NCBI GenBank assembly: GCA_035510735.1
Contig: DATKGN010000006.1
Coordinates: forward strand, 65,429 to 129,428
Direction: 5' to 3'
From: Patescibacteria group bacterium
Lineage (GTDB): Bacteria; Patescibacteriota; Microgenomatia; UBA10105; UBA927
DNA length: 64,000 nt
In this document: positions 1 to 9,974 of the stretch, one piece after another
Layout: the number at the start of each line of letters is the position of its first letter
Numbering within the stretch: position 1 is the first letter of the stretch
Translations under genes and position numbers: made by a program
Notes under the pieces: model-generated
Told to the model about the DNA's origin: nothing
Seen by the model: the letters and a program-made list of their open reading frames with translations, nothing else
Database searches by the model: none

Positions 1-788
1 CCAAGAAATATTTGACGTCTGGAATTATCAACTGCTATAGAATGAATTTCACCCACTTGTGTGCTGATCTTCCTTTCTGATAATAATTTCCCATCAAATG
101 ATATTACTTTAATTGAAGCTGGAATATGAAATTTTTCACCCCATTCAACACCGCTCTTCACTGCGACTATTGAATCTCCAAATATAGCAATATCGTGATG
201 CCCATTAAAAGCTACTTTTCCATCTGGTTTAAGACTTTCATGTCCTGCCTCTTCAAAGGTCATTGGTAAAAATTCACCAATGCTATTCATTTCTTCGCCA
301 GTAAATTTATCGTATATTCTTATTTTTGATTTCGCTGTATCAAATGCGACGAGGTAATTATCATCGACAGCTAACGAACCAATCCTTCGTGTGTGAAGTC
401 TCTGGTCTTCTTGATTAACAATCCATTGAGGCGTGTGAAGATCACGGGATATTTTGACAATCGTACCAGTCGCATCATCGGTAATATACACAGCATCGCT
501 GTCAGTTGTAATTGCTGACGCCTGATCAAAATTCGAGTTAAAAAAATTGCCGAGATACTCACCATTTGTGCCGAATATTTGTAGTGTTTTTTCTGTATAC
601 CAACAATTTGAAACTAGAATTGCAGGGTCACCACTATCTGTTTGTATATAGGCAGCAGCTATGGGCATGGATAATTTATTTTGTTCTGGTCCATAGCCAG
701 GGTTAATAATCGATATTTCACCACGAGATATGAGCTGTTCAACAATAGGCGTTATATTCGGAATTTCACCAAAATCTGCACCAGTCAT
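1..788 (-). CDS. Partial NHL/YVTN-like beta-propeller protein (runs off the window edge; absent from the ORF track)
   Basis: Hand-translated open frame from ATG 788: MTGADFGEIP...LQIFGTNGEYLGNF...ASAITTDSDAVYITD...SLAVDDNYLVAFD...IHSIAVDNS; blade-like repeats; TG-G-TACTAT -10 box 6 nt upstream. Confidence 0.7.
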   Translation of the reverse strand, partial: MTGADFGEIPNITPIVEQLISRGEISIINPGYGPEQNKLSMPIAAAYIQTDSGDPAILVSNCWYTEKTLQIFGTNGEYLGNFFNSNFDQASAITTDSDAVYITDDATGTIVKISRDLHTPQWIVNQEDQRLHTRRIGSLAVDDNYLVAFDTAKSKIRIYDKFTGEEMNSIGEFLPMTFEEAGHESLKPDGKVAFNGHHDIAIFGDSIVAVKSGVEWGEKFHIPASIKVISFDGKLLSERKISTQVGEIHSIAVDNSRRQIFL

Positions 789-919
789 AATGCGATAGTA
801 CCAAATTACACAAAAATATTCATGAAAACGGGTCACATTTATACTCCGCAAGCGTTTCCATGCGCGCAATGAGGCAAAAAATAGATCTCAATGAGAAAAC
901 GCTTAGGGTATGATTATAG

Positions 920-2248
920 TTAAACAGTAAGACTCTTTTGAAGTATCTCCATTACCTTCTTTTTATCGCCTTTCCCTTTTAGGGTTTTAAGCACGTTGCC
1001 GAAGAGAAACATTTTGACTTGTTCCTTGCCCGCTTTGAAATCAGCGACGGCTTTGGGATTGGCGGCAAGGACGTCTGAAATTGCCTTTTGGATTTCCTCA
1101 TCCGGTATAGAAACAACTTTTCTAGACTGAATTAACTCCTCCGCAATTTTATTTGGATTAGCGGTTTCAATATCTATTGGACGATTAAATAACCAATCTC
1201 CAAATGTTTTTGGATTTATCGTTGGGTCTTTCTTAACGGTAAGATTGTAAGCAGTTTCTACGAAAACAACTGAACTTGGGGATACCGATGATAAACTTGC
1301 ATATGAAGTTGGAAAACCCATAGTTACAAACTCCTGGAATTTATCATCTGGTAGTTTAGGGAGTTGTTTCTTTAAACCATCAATATATCCTTGTTCCCAC
1401 ACGATAGGAGGTATATCAGGGTCCGGGAAATAGCGGTAATCCTCGGCGTTTTCCTTAGATCGTTGTGGGAACGAAACGCCTTTATCCTCGTTCCATCCGC
1501 GTGTCTCTTGAGGCGGCTTTTCGCCTTTTTCCAGGAAGGTAATGTGACGCTCGGTTTCGTACTCAATTGCTTTTTTGACGAATGCAAAAGAGTTGATGTT
1601 TTTCACTTCCACTTTGTAGGCCGGAAGGTGCGTGTCACCGACAGGACGGACCGAAATATTGGGCTCCAGGCGCATCGTGCCTTTTTCCATATCTGCATCG
1701 GAAACGTCGAGATACCGGATAATCTGGTAGAGTTTCTTTAAGAATTCCCGTGCCTGCTCAGCTGAATGGATATCAGCCTCCGTTACAATTTCCATAAGCG
1801 GTACGCCGCAGCGGTTAAAGTCGATGAGTGATACTTTTTTGCCGTTGACGGTTTTATGAAGCAACTTACCCGTGTCCTCTTCCAGATGCACGCGGTGGAT
1901 GCGTACGTCGCCCGAGGGAAGGTGGACGCGGCCATTCACACAGAACGGCTCATCGTATTGTGAAATTTGATAGCCCTTTGCCAAGTCGGGATAGAAATAG
2001 TTTTTCCTGTCGAATTTGCTGTGAAGCGGGATTTCGCACCCCAAAGCAAGCCCGAGCATGATCGTCCACTCGACTGCTTTTTTATTCGGCACAGGGAGTC
2101 CACCCGGCATCCCGAGACAGACCGGACACGTATAGATGTTGGGCTTGGGCGCGTGGAACGGGTCGTTTTTGCATCCGCAGAACATTTTGCTTTTGGTCTT
2201 AAGCTCTACATGTATCTCCATCCCGACAACCGGCTCCCACTCACTCAT
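920..2248 (-). CDS. gatB: Asp-tRNA(Asn)/Glu-tRNA(Gln) amidotransferase subunit B
   Basis: [35 protein letters not shown]; start moved to MSEWEP (2248), overlapping the gatA stop. Confidence 0.97.
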   Translation of the reverse strand: MSEWEPVVGMEIHVELKTKSKMFCGCKNDPFHAPKPNIYTCPVCLGMPGGLPVPNKKAVEWTIMLGLALGCEIPLHSKFDRKNYFYPDLAKGYQISQYDEPFCVNGRVHLPSGDVRIHRVHLEEDTGKLLHKTVNGKKVSLIDFNRCGVPLMEIVTEADIHSAEQAREFLKKLYQIIRYLDVSDADMEKGTMRLEPNISVRPVGDTHLPAYKVEVKNINSFAFVKKAIEYETERHITFLEKGEKPPQETRGWNEDKGVSFPQRSKENAEDYRYFPDPDIPPIVWEQGYIDGLKKQLPKLPDDKFQEFVTMGFPTSYASLSSVSPSSVVFVETAYNLTVKKDPTINPKTFGDWLFNRPIDIETANPNKIAEELIQSRKVVSIPDEEIQKAISDVLAANPKAVADFKAGKEQVKMFLFGNVLKTLKGKGDKKKVMEILQKSLTV

Positions 2249-3668
2249 GCGCCTCCTTCGTCCACGGATTGAAGTCCGTTTCCTGTTCATAGAGATATGC
2301 AGCCCGAAGTACCGTTTCCTCCTGCCAGTGATTTGCCATGATGGAAAGTCCTAAGGGAAGTCCCGTTTTTTTATCCCAATAGCATGGGACACTTATGCCC
2401 GTGAGTCCGGATAATGAACTGGGCTCGTTGAGTAAGTCAGTAAGCTCTCCAAAAAGAGGATTCCCTTCGCTCTCACCGAATTTGAGTGCCGGACCGGGTG
2501 TTGCGGTAGAAATGAGCAGATCATATTTTGAAAACAGCTGGGCAAAGTTTTTTATGTAGAGATTGCGTACTTTTTCCGCCAAAACGTAGTATTTATCCGC
2601 ATAACCCTTCGACAACGTAAAGGTGCCAAGCATAATCCTCCGTTTGGCTTCCGCACCGAACGTGCTTCTATTATGACCGTAACGGATGCCGTCATAGCGG
2701 GCTAAGTTGCTACTAACTTCGCTCCGTTGGACGACGGTATAGACGCCGACTGCATAATCGGGATTGAGTATGGTGTTGTCTTCTAATTGATCTGAAAGGG
2801 CAACCTTCTCTACTGTTGCACCATTCTTTTCAAACAGTTTTCCCGCTTCTTCAACGGATTTCTCGGTTTGTGTACCTTTCAACTGCGGGTGGTCCATGTA
2901 GCAGATGCCGATCTTCAGTCCCTTCACTCCTTTTTTGAGATTTGAGGCGTAATCGGGCACCGGCAATTCTCCGGTCGTTGCGTCATACGGATCTTTCCCT
3001 GCGATGACAGATAGAAGTATTGCCGCATCCTCGACCGTTTTAGTCATGGGGCCCGGTGAATCCAGGGAGCTTCCCATTGCCACAACCCCCGTGCGGGGCA
3101 CGCGGCCATAGGTGGGCTTCAACCCCACCGTCCCGCACCATGCGGATGGGATGCGGATAGAGCCTGCGGTTTCGCTTCCCAATGCCGTGATGCACATGTT
3201 AGCGGCAACAGCTGCTGCGCTTCCACCGGATGAACCTCCGGGCACGTGAGCTAAATTATTCGGATTTTTTGTCGGGCCGAAATCAGAGGTTTCGGTACTG
3301 CTGCCATGCGCCCAAGCATCCATGTTGGTTTTGCCAACGACCACGCCACCTGCCTTCTTAAGCCGTGACGTGACGGTCGATTCGTACGGCGGGTTGAAGC
3401 CTCTGAGAACATTCGAGGATGCCGTGGTTTCCAACCCAACCGTCAGAAAATTATCTTTGACCGCAACCGGCACACCCGCAAGCGGCGTATCCAATAGTTT
3501 CTCAGCTTGACTAACCGCTTCAGTATTGAGAGCGAGGTACGCATTAAGCTCTTTATTTTTGCCGGCAATCGCCTCCGACACATCAGCATAAAGCTCCTTA
3601 TGGGAAATCTCTTTGGATTTGAGTTTTTTAACGGCAGACGCAAGTGTAAGCGTGTTCAATTTTTTCAT
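2241..3668 (-). CDS. gatA: Amidotransferase subunit A
   Basis: Amidase signature [33 protein letters not shown]; sits between gatC and gatB. Confidence 0.97.
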   Translation of the reverse strand: MKKLNTLTLASAVKKLKSKEISHKELYADVSEAIAGKNKELNAYLALNTEAVSQAEKLLDTPLAGVPVAVKDNFLTVGLETTASSNVLRGFNPPYESTVTSRLKKAGGVVVGKTNMDAWAHGSSTETSDFGPTKNPNNLAHVPGGSSGGSAAAVAANMCITALGSETAGSIRIPSAWCGTVGLKPTYGRVPRTGVVAMGSSLDSPGPMTKTVEDAAILLSVIAGKDPYDATTGELPVPDYASNLKKGVKGLKIGICYMDHPQLKGTQTEKSVEEAGKLFEKNGATVEKVALSDQLEDNTILNPDYAVGVYTVVQRSEVSSNLARYDGIRYGHNRSTFGAEAKRRIMLGTFTLSKGYADKYYVLAEKVRNLYIKNFAQLFSKYDLLISTATPGPALKFGESEGNPLFGELTDLLNEPSSLSGLTGISVPCYWDKKTGLPLGLSIMANHWQEETVLRAAYLYEQETDFNPWTKEAHE

Positions 3669-3676
3669 AGGGAGTC

Positions 3677-3982
3677 TTAGTCATCCTGTTCGATGAGCTG
3701 GTCTACAACAAAATAGCCGTTATGGGTATTGGGCGCATTGGCGAGGGCTTGCTCTTGGGTAAACATGCGCTTCTTATCAACCTCATCCTCGCGAAGCACG
3801 TTTGATAGCCCCGTCATATGGACAGCAGTAACGACGGAAACGTCGAGTTTGTTCAGTTCCTCGACAACGCCGATTGTTTTGGTAAACCCATCGGCGAGGC
3901 TCTTCTTCTCCCCGTCCGTGACGGGAATGTTCGCGAGGGACGCGATATGCGTCACATCGTCTGTTGTGAATTTCGTTGCCAT
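3677..3982 (-). CDS. gatC: Amidotransferase subunit C
   Basis: VTHIASLANI, NVLREDEV, ALANAP; upstream of gatA. Confidence 0.93.
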   Translation of the reverse strand: MATKFTTDDVTHIASLANIPVTDGEKKSLADGFTKTIGVVEELNKLDVSVVTAVHMTGLSNVLREDEVDKKRMFTQEQALANAPNTHNGYFVVDQLIEQDD

Positions 3983-4005
3983 TAGAACATATTATATACC
4001 CAACG

Positions 4006-5352
4006 TTACATGTCGACGAGATACCGCGACAGTTCCCAGTCCGTCACCCAACGCCTAAAGCTGTTCCATTCCTCGCCTTTGGCTTCCAGATACCGCTTCC
4101 ACGTATATTCACCGAATGTTGAGCGGACAATTGTGCCTTTCTCTATTTCGGTAAGTGCCTCGCCCAGACTCGCAGGGAGTTTGGTGATGTAGTGTTTGGC
4201 TAGCTTCGCATCGTCAAACTCAAACAGGTTTTCCTCAACCGGCGCGGGCGCTTTCATTTTCCGTTTTATGCCCTCAAGCCCGGCCTTAAGCAAAACTGCG
4301 AAGGTGAGATATGGGCTTGCCGACGGATCAGGACAGCGTATCTCAAAGCGTGTCGCTTTGTTTTCCGTTCCTTTGGAAATCTTGGGGACACGGATGAGAG
4401 CTGACCTGTTAATTCTCGCCCATGATACGTACGCCGGCGCTTCAAAGCCCGGAGTTAACCGTTTGTACGAATTGACAATCGGCGCAAATACTCCGGCCAA
4501 TTCTTTCGCGTACTTTAATTGTCCCGCTAAAAACTGATATGCCACCTGCGACAATCCGTAAGCATCCTTGGGGTCGTACATGGCGTTTTTAGACCCAATC
4601 CACAGACTCTGGTGGGTATGCATGCCGCTGCCGTTTATGCCGTAAAACGGTTTGGGCATGAATGTCGCGTGCCACCCGTGCTGGTAGGCTATAAAGCGGG
4701 CTGCCATTTTGAGAGTCACCGTGTTGTCCGCGGTTTTCAGGGCCTCACCGTAGCGGATATCAATCTCATGCTGGTTATCGGCAACCTCATGGGTACTGGT
4801 TTCGGAAACTATCCCCATGCTGTCTAAACCTTCCATAATCTTCCTCTTTATGGTGTATGCCTCATCCATGATAAGGGTGAAGTAATACCCATTTCCGCGC
4901 GATTCGCGTCGGATAGTGCCGTCCTCATTTTTCGGAAGCAGGAAAAATTCACACTCAGGGCCGGTGTAGTAGTCGAGACCCATTTTCTTGGCTTCGGCAA
5001 GAACCCTCTTTAATATATTTCTCGGATCACCCTCAAACGGCTCGTGGTTCGGCGTATAGACGTCACAGATAAGCCTCGCGACTCTACCGGTGGCTACTTC
5101 ATTGCGCCATGGAAGAAGTGCATAAGTCGAGACGTCCGGTACCAAATACATATCCGACTCGTGGATACGTGCAAAGCCCTCGATTGAAGATCCGTCTATC
5201 CAGACGCCGCTTGTGAGAGCCCCCTCCAGGTTATAAATAGGGATGGTCGAACTTTTGACGTTGCCCATGAAGTCGTTAAACTGTAGATCCACAAATGCTA
5301 CTTTGTCTTTTTTTGCTTTCGCAAGTAATTCTTTCACTTCATCTTTTGCCAT
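4006..5352 (-). CDS. glnA: Glutamine synthetase type I
   Basis: DGSSIEGF, HEVADNQHEI, TFMPKP, NGSGMHTHQSL, NSYKRLTPGFEAP, NRSALIRVP, RFEIRCPD; SD AAGGGGGT. Confidence 0.97.
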   Translation of the reverse strand: MAKDEVKELLAKAKKDKVAFVDLQFNDFMGNVKSSTIPIYNLEGALTSGVWIDGSSIEGFARIHESDMYLVPDVSTYALLPWRNEVATGRVARLICDVYTPNHEPFEGDPRNILKRVLAEAKKMGLDYYTGPECEFFLLPKNEDGTIRRESRGNGYYFTLIMDEAYTIKRKIMEGLDSMGIVSETSTHEVADNQHEIDIRYGEALKTADNTVTLKMAARFIAYQHGWHATFMPKPFYGINGSGMHTHQSLWIGSKNAMYDPKDAYGLSQVAYQFLAGQLKYAKELAGVFAPIVNSYKRLTPGFEAPAYVSWARINRSALIRVPKISKGTENKATRFEIRCPDPSASPYLTFAVLLKAGLEGIKRKMKAPAPVEENLFEFDDAKLAKHYITKLPASLGEALTEIEKGTIVRSTFGEYTWKRYLEAKGEEWNSFRRWVTDWELSRYLVDM

Positions 5353-5400
5353 AGAAACCCCCTTTTAAATGTTTTTATATGACTCCAGCGTTGCTGGATT

Positions 5401-5446
5401 GTGGTTAGTTCATTCGTCTCGATGACTCGACTTACGAACTAACCAC
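5401..5446. repeat. 46-bp palindromic element in the glnA leader
   Basis: Perfect 11-bp inverted repeat GTGGTTAGTTC/GAACTAACCAC; its inner minus-strand module AGTCGAGTCATCGAGACG matches 8039-8056 at 17/18 nt. Confidence 0.75.
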
Positions 5447-5471
5447 TAAAAATCCCGCCACTTGGCGGGAC
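5447..5471 (-). terminator. Intrinsic terminator (attenuator) in the glnA leader
   Basis: GTCCCGCC-AAGT-GGCGGGAT followed by TTTT; its 5' arm overlaps ANTAR hairpin 2. Confidence 0.85.
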
Positions 5472-5510
5472 ATCGTTGTCTCCCTATATGTAACCCTCGT
5501 CGTTGAGGAT
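5467..5510 (-). promoter_or_regulatory. ANTAR-binding dual-hexaloop RNA element
   Basis: ATCCTC-AACGAC-GAGGGT and GG(A)GAC-AACGAT-GTCCC; both loops have A1 and G4; GAF-ANTAR gene is adjacent. Confidence 0.88.
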
Positions 5511-5519
5511 ATTATATCT

Positions 5520-5548
5520 ATCCTAAAAAAAATAACTCATAATGTCAA
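5520..5548 (-). promoter_or_regulatory. Sigma70-type promoter for the glnA leader
   Basis: TTGACA-17 nt-TAGGAT; predicted +1 falls just upstream of ANTAR hairpin 1. Confidence 0.65.
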
Positions 5549-5565
5549 CACTCGATTTTATGGGA

Positions 5566-6279
5566 TTAATGGGTAACGCTCAATTGTTCAGCGATGATGA
5601 TGGCGTCGGCCATCTCTTTGAGCGACTTCCGCAGGTCCATGCTTTTTTTCTGCAAAACTTTATATGCTGCTTCCTCGGAGAGTCCTTTCCGTTTCATGAG
5701 AATTCCTTTGGCCTTTTCAACGAGTTTCCGCAGTTCCAACGACTCTTTAAGAGATAGTGTCTCTTCAATAAGAAGCGCGTTTTCAACAGCTCCGCCGACC
5801 AGTTTTCCTACGGCTGTTAATAGATTTATCTCCATCTGAGAATGGGCATGGGGCGCTTTATGCTGGATGTTGATGACGCCGACAACTCCGCGTTTCGTTA
5901 TAATAGGCACTGATAAAAATGCCTCATAGGTATCCTCAGGTAAATTTCTGAAATATTTAAATCGCGAGTCCTTCGAGGCGCCCTCTGCAATTGCAACCGG
6001 CTGCTTTTGACGGGCAACCCATCCCGTTATCCCCTCGCCCATTTTCATCGTAATATTTTGAAGTAAGGCCGCATGAGGATTCTTGGAGGCACGGAGAATG
6101 AGTTCTGATTTTTTTGGATCAAGAACGTAAATTAAGACGGAATCCGCATGGGATACCTCAATGACGACGGAAACGATCTCCCTGAGGACGTCCTTAAGTT
6201 CCAGACTATGGACCGTTTGCGCGACACGATATAAGAGGCTTACTTCTTTCTGCAATTTCGCAACTTCGTTATCGGTCAT
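5566..6279 (-). CDS. GAF-ANTAR RNA-binding antitermination regulator
   Basis: GAF (MGEGITGWVA, FLSVPI, VGVINIQ) plus ANTAR (RKLVEKAKGILMKRKGLSEEAAYKVLQKKSMD). Confidence 0.92.
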   Translation of the reverse strand: MTDNEVAKLQKEVSLLYRVAQTVHSLELKDVLREIVSVVIEVSHADSVLIYVLDPKKSELILRASKNPHAALLQNITMKMGEGITGWVARQKQPVAIAEGASKDSRFKYFRNLPEDTYEAFLSVPIITKRGVVGVINIQHKAPHAHSQMEINLLTAVGKLVGGAVENALLIEETLSLKESLELRKLVEKAKGILMKRKGLSEEAAYKVLQKKSMDLRKSLKEMADAIIIAEQLSVTH

Positions 6280-6300
6280 ATGGGGTATTATACGCCACTC

Positions 6301-6329
6301 TTGCGTAAATGCGTGATATTTCGTACGCT
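6301..6329 (+). promoter_or_regulatory. Putative leaderless promoter
   Basis: TTGCGT-17-TACGCT, 6 nt before ATG 6336. Confidence 0.5.
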
Positions 6330-6335
6330 AATTGT

Positions 6336-6629
6336 ATGAGACAGTATCAAAAATTTTATGAACAGATGATTGCGGACAATCAGGAGCTGTTTGATACATT
6401 CAAGGGAATACATGATGCATACGTCCTTAACCCCGAGCTCAACCAGGCAAAATTCAACGATATCGGACGCGAAGTGGTTGATGTAATCCGCGAATACGAG
6501 CGAAAACTCTGCGGCAACATGAACTCGGGCGCATACGGCGCATTCTCACAGAACCTGTCGCAGAAATTCTGGGATGAGATACGGAAAGTCTACAAAAAAA
6601 TCGACTTCGTGGGTGCTACTGTTGGATAA
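6336..6629 (+). CDS. Small helical hypothetical protein
   Basis: Clean ORF filling an intergenic gap; start chosen from the promoter position. Confidence 0.7.
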   Translation: MRQYQKFYEQMIADNQELFDTFKGIHDAYVLNPELNQAKFNDIGREVVDVIREYERKLCGNMNSGAYGAFSQNLSQKFWDEIRKVYKKIDFVGATVG

Positions 6630-6631
6630 CG

Positions 6632-7255
6632 TTATTTCTTCGCAAATATATACAGATTCGTATCCGACATATTGTACTTATCGTCACAGTGCTCTGACTG
6701 TATGGTGATTGACGAAAATCCGACCTCTTTAAGTTTCTCTGTGATCCGTTTCTTGGTAAAGAAATTGAAAAATGTTTTCTTACCCGGCGCAAACGGCTCG
6801 TCTACATAATGATCAGGCTTTCCCTGCTGAGCGAATATCGCAACCCAGCCTCCGGATTTCAGTATTCGGTAAAAATCCGACAATACTCCCGAAACCTTTG
6901 TGTCAGATATATGAATAAGAGAATACGAGGAGAGGATCCCATTAAATTTATTAGGCGGGAACTGGAGCCTGCGAATATCCATATAAACAAATGTGCAGTT
7001 TGAATAATGATTCTTTGCAATGGCAAGCATATTCCTTGATAAATCAACGCCGGTCACCCGGAATCCCTTTTTGGCCATATGATATGCGTTTTGTCCTGCA
7101 CCACAGCCGGCGTCCAGTATTTCGGCTTTATACGGAAGTTTTTTTAATAGCAAATTAACGTGCGACTTATCGGTGGAATCTTCCCCATACTTCGCCACAT
7201 ACGCATCGGCGATTGTGTCATACACCTCAATTATTGAATCGGTTGGATCAATCAT
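6632..7255 (-). CDS. Class I SAM-dependent methyltransferase
   Basis: ILDAGCGAG, VTGVDLSRNML, RILKSGG. Confidence 0.88.
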   Translation of the reverse strand: MIDPTDSIIEVYDTIADAYVAKYGEDSTDKSHVNLLLKKLPYKAEILDAGCGAGQNAYHMAKKGFRVTGVDLSRNMLAIAKNHYSNCTFVYMDIRRLQFPPNKFNGILSSYSLIHISDTKVSGVLSDFYRILKSGGWVAIFAQQGKPDHYVDEPFAPGKKTFFNFFTKKRITEKLKEVGFSSITIQSEHCDDKYNMSDTNLYIFAKK

Positions 7256-7264
7256 AGGTGAGCG

Positions 7265-8017
7265 TCAGATCTTGTGAAGGATTACTTCGCGGGCGCGGGT
7301 TGCAAGGGTGTCATCAAGAGATCTCAGTGTTACATGTTTGTCATATTTCATCTCCAACGCCTTCCCAATAAGCCAGTCGGCGATCATCGGGTTTTTAGGC
7401 AGGAGCGGTCCGTGAAAATACGATCCCACCGAATTTTTATACACCGCGCCTTCGTACCCATCTTCGCCATTATTACCGTAACCCTTGATCACTTTCGCAA
7501 GCGGCTTCATTTTAGGTCCGAGCGTCGTCCGCCCCCCGTGATTTTCAAATCCGACAATCGTCTTCCCTTCAAACCCCGGTAAGTTGATAATTTTGGCGGC
7601 GACATTGCCGATACACCGTTTTGCTTGATCGCCGGGGTGGATGGTCACAAGATCAAAAATACCAGCGCCGGGGATATCCTTTCCCTGATACGGGCGGTAA
7701 TAATGACCGACAAACTGGTAGGCAGCACAGACAAATAGCGCAGGGATCCAGCTCTCTACCATCTTGGCAACGACAGGGCCTTTATTGCCTAAGAAATCTT
7801 CGGATGCGAGTTTCTGCTGCCGGTCCTGAGCACCTCCCATGAACAAAAGGTCACAGGATTTGAGTTTACCGATCTTTGTCTCGAGTGTGACCGGTACAAT
7901 GGTCACATCGATACTCCGCCACTGGCACCGGCGCTCAAGGACAATAATATTCCCCCGGTCTCCGTACGTACTCATGAGGTCAGGATAGAGCCACGCGATG
8001 TTTAATTTATAATCCAT
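7265..8017 (-). CDS. gatD: CobQ-like glutamine amidotransferase (lipid II isoglutaminyl synthase subunit)
   Basis: LYPDLMSTYGDRGN, GGAQDRQQ, VCAAYQ, GFENHGGRT, YFHGPLLPKNP; downstream of murT; start moved to MDYKL, past the repeat. Confidence 0.9.
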   Translation of the reverse strand: MDYKLNIAWLYPDLMSTYGDRGNIIVLERRCQWRSIDVTIVPVTLETKIGKLKSCDLLFMGGAQDRQQKLASEDFLGNKGPVVAKMVESWIPALFVCAAYQFVGHYYRPYQGKDIPGAGIFDLVTIHPGDQAKRCIGNVAAKIINLPGFEGKTIVGFENHGGRTTLGPKMKPLAKVIKGYGNNGEDGYEGAVYKNSVGSYFHGPLLPKNPMIADWLIGKALEMKYDKHVTLRSLDDTLATRAREVILHKI

Positions 8018-8028
8018 AATTTTATTCT

Positions 8029-8120
8029 TGTCATTGCGAGTCGAGTCTTCGAGACGCGGCAATCTCTTCAATTAATTCAGATTGCTTCGCCCCGTCAGCT
8101 GACGGGGTCTCGCAATGACA
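8029..8120. repeat. REP-doublet-like palindromic element (TGTCATTGCGAG type)
   Basis: Terminal 12-bp inverted repeat TGTCATTGCGAG/CTCGCAATGACA; inner GCAATCT/AGATTGC; each arm has its own hairpin (TCGAGTCTTCGA; CCCCGTCAGCTGACGGGG). Confidence 0.85.
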
Positions 8121-8128
8121 TTATTGTA

Positions 8129-9424
8129 TTACAGTATTTTTCTCCCCCCTACAATTTTCCTCACTTCGAGCATTGCCGAATAGGTCGATAAAACATATAA
8201 GATGCCGCCCTGCGGCGTAAGTTGCAGGCCCTGTTTTATAGCGTGCCGCAGGTCCGGTTCCACATGCGGTTTCCTCATTTCGCCGGCTGAATATTGTACA
8301 CGGATCGCCATATCATATACGCGGTCGCCCGTTACAACAACTTCCACATTTTTCGGAACCGTTTCAAAATCCACGTCCCAAATCCAACTCACGTCGCGTC
8401 CGTCAGGTATCCGGTCGTTAAGGGCGAAAAGTATTGCCGCGGGCTTACTTTCAAGCACCGTCCGCAAGGACGCATTAAACCCGGCAGGATTTTTCGAAAG
8501 AAATACTTTGATTTTTTTGTCGGCGACGGCAAATTCTTCCTGACGCCCGAATGCGGGCGCAAATCCGGTTAACGCAGTCGTAATGTGATCGTCGGTGATA
8601 TGACACTCGCGGGCAGTAAGGACGGCAGCGAGCGTATTGTAGCGGTTGTAGAGACCCGGGAGCGGTGACTGCCATGACGAGAGATCCAATTTTGGCCTCG
8701 TCTCACCGCAGACGCTGCAAAACCATTCTCCGATATGGGAAAAATAATTTACTTTGTAGGAAAGCCGTGCGCCGCAAAAGAGACAAAATGTCGAATCCGT
8801 CGCATGCTCCATTTTGGGGGCAGCAAGCGATGGGTCGTCAAGACCGAAATACTTCACCTTCGCCTTCACATCTTTTGCAAGAGAACTAACCAGCGGATCA
8901 TCGGCGTTCAGAATAAGCGTGGTTCTCTCATCAATAGTGCGTAGAGCTTTTTGCCATTTTTCCGCAATCACGTCGACCTCGCCATAACGGTCCAACTGAT
9001 CACGGAAAAGATTAAGGATGACGATGAATTTTGGCGCAATGTAGCGCATTACAATGGGGAGCGAGTTTTCATCGATCTCAAAAACCCCGAAGTCTCCGTT
9101 CACACGTCCACCACGGGTCGTATGTTCAATACAGGCCGATACGACACCATTGAGGAGATTAGCTCCACTTTTATTATGGACGACGGATTTTCCCTCTTTC
9201 TCTAAAATCGTTTTTATCATGAGGGACGTTGTCGTCTTGCCGTTTGTGCCGGCAACGAGAATTATCCCGTCTGTAATATGCGTTCCGAATTCACCAAGAA
9301 TGTGAGGCGACATCATGAGGGCAATCTCTCCGGGCCAGGTCGCACCGGCACCCAGATGAAAGGTTTTACTTGTCCACGAAACGAATTTACCTGCCGCTAC
9401 AGTCAGCCGATGCTTGAAGCTCAT
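8129..9424 (-). CDS. murT: Mur ligase-like protein with DUF1727 domain (lipid II amidation)
   Basis: GTNGKTTT, GANLLNG, NLFRDQLDRYGE, CxxC...CxxC zinc finger, LSKNPAG, DGRDVSWIWDVDFE. Confidence 0.92.
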   Translation of the reverse strand: MSFKHRLTVAAGKFVSWTSKTFHLGAGATWPGEIALMMSPHILGEFGTHITDGIILVAGTNGKTTTSLMIKTILEKEGKSVVHNKSGANLLNGVVSACIEHTTRGGRVNGDFGVFEIDENSLPIVMRYIAPKFIVILNLFRDQLDRYGEVDVIAEKWQKALRTIDERTTLILNADDPLVSSLAKDVKAKVKYFGLDDPSLAAPKMEHATDSTFCLFCGARLSYKVNYFSHIGEWFCSVCGETRPKLDLSSWQSPLPGLYNRYNTLAAVLTARECHITDDHITTALTGFAPAFGRQEEFAVADKKIKVFLSKNPAGFNASLRTVLESKPAAILFALNDRIPDGRDVSWIWDVDFETVPKNVEVVVTGDRVYDMAIRVQYSAGEMRKPHVEPDLRHAIKQGLQLTPQGGILYVLSTYSAMLEVRKIVGGRKIL

Positions 9425-9508
9425 ACTCCTATTATCGCACAGTCGGGAAAGTTTACTTACAGTAAACCTCTCTGGCGCTCTATGATGAAGAATGCTAGTT
9501 CCGTTGAT

Positions 9509-9973
9509 TTACGGCTCCATCTCAAAGTCGATATCGGCCGGTTGTAATCCCTGCCGTTTATAAAACGAGATCGCTTTAGTATTCTTACAGTACGCATTCA
9601 CGAGTAATTTTTGATACCCGTTTTCACGACACCACTGCCTCAACCTTGTAACAAGCAGAGCACCGATTCCCGATGAACGGTGGGTCGGAGTCACTCCGAT
9701 TTCCACAATTTCCGCCATTTTGACCGTCCGGTAACTAATTTCTTTCGGAGCTCCCACAATAAGTCCAACGGGATTGGTTCCTTCAAACGCGATGAACGCT
9801 ATAAAAGTCGGGTCGGTGACATATTTTTTATAACGCTCTATTCCATCTTCAGAGAATGGCCATGTGAGGTCCAGATGAGGATCATGCTGTGCGTCACTTA
9901 TAAAAACCTCATGTATCAATTTCTGAACAATCTGCCATTCACGAGGATTAGCTCTGCGGATCGTGATATTCAT
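9509..9973 (-). CDS. GNAT family acetyltransferase
   Basis: VTPTHRSSGIGALL, NTKAISFYKRQG; start MNITIRR just after the htpX stop. Confidence 0.88.
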   Translation of the reverse strand: MNITIRRANPREWQIVQKLIHEVFISDAQHDPHLDLTWPFSEDGIERYKKYVTDPTFIAFIAFEGTNPVGLIVGAPKEISYRTVKMAEIVEIGVTPTHRSSGIGALLVTRLRQWCRENGYQKLLVNAYCKNTKAISFYKRQGLQPADIDFEMEP

Positions 9974-9974
9974 A

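Noticed and set aside
5384-5446. Glutamine (glnA-motif) riboswitch in the glnA leader
   Set aside because: No CGTT..GGAAGTA..GAAG..AACG three-way junction; simple hairpins fit better
5511-5516. TATAAT as the glnA -10 box
   Set aside because: 26 nt from TTGACA and it would start transcription inside hairpin 1; TAGGAT at 17 nt is preferred
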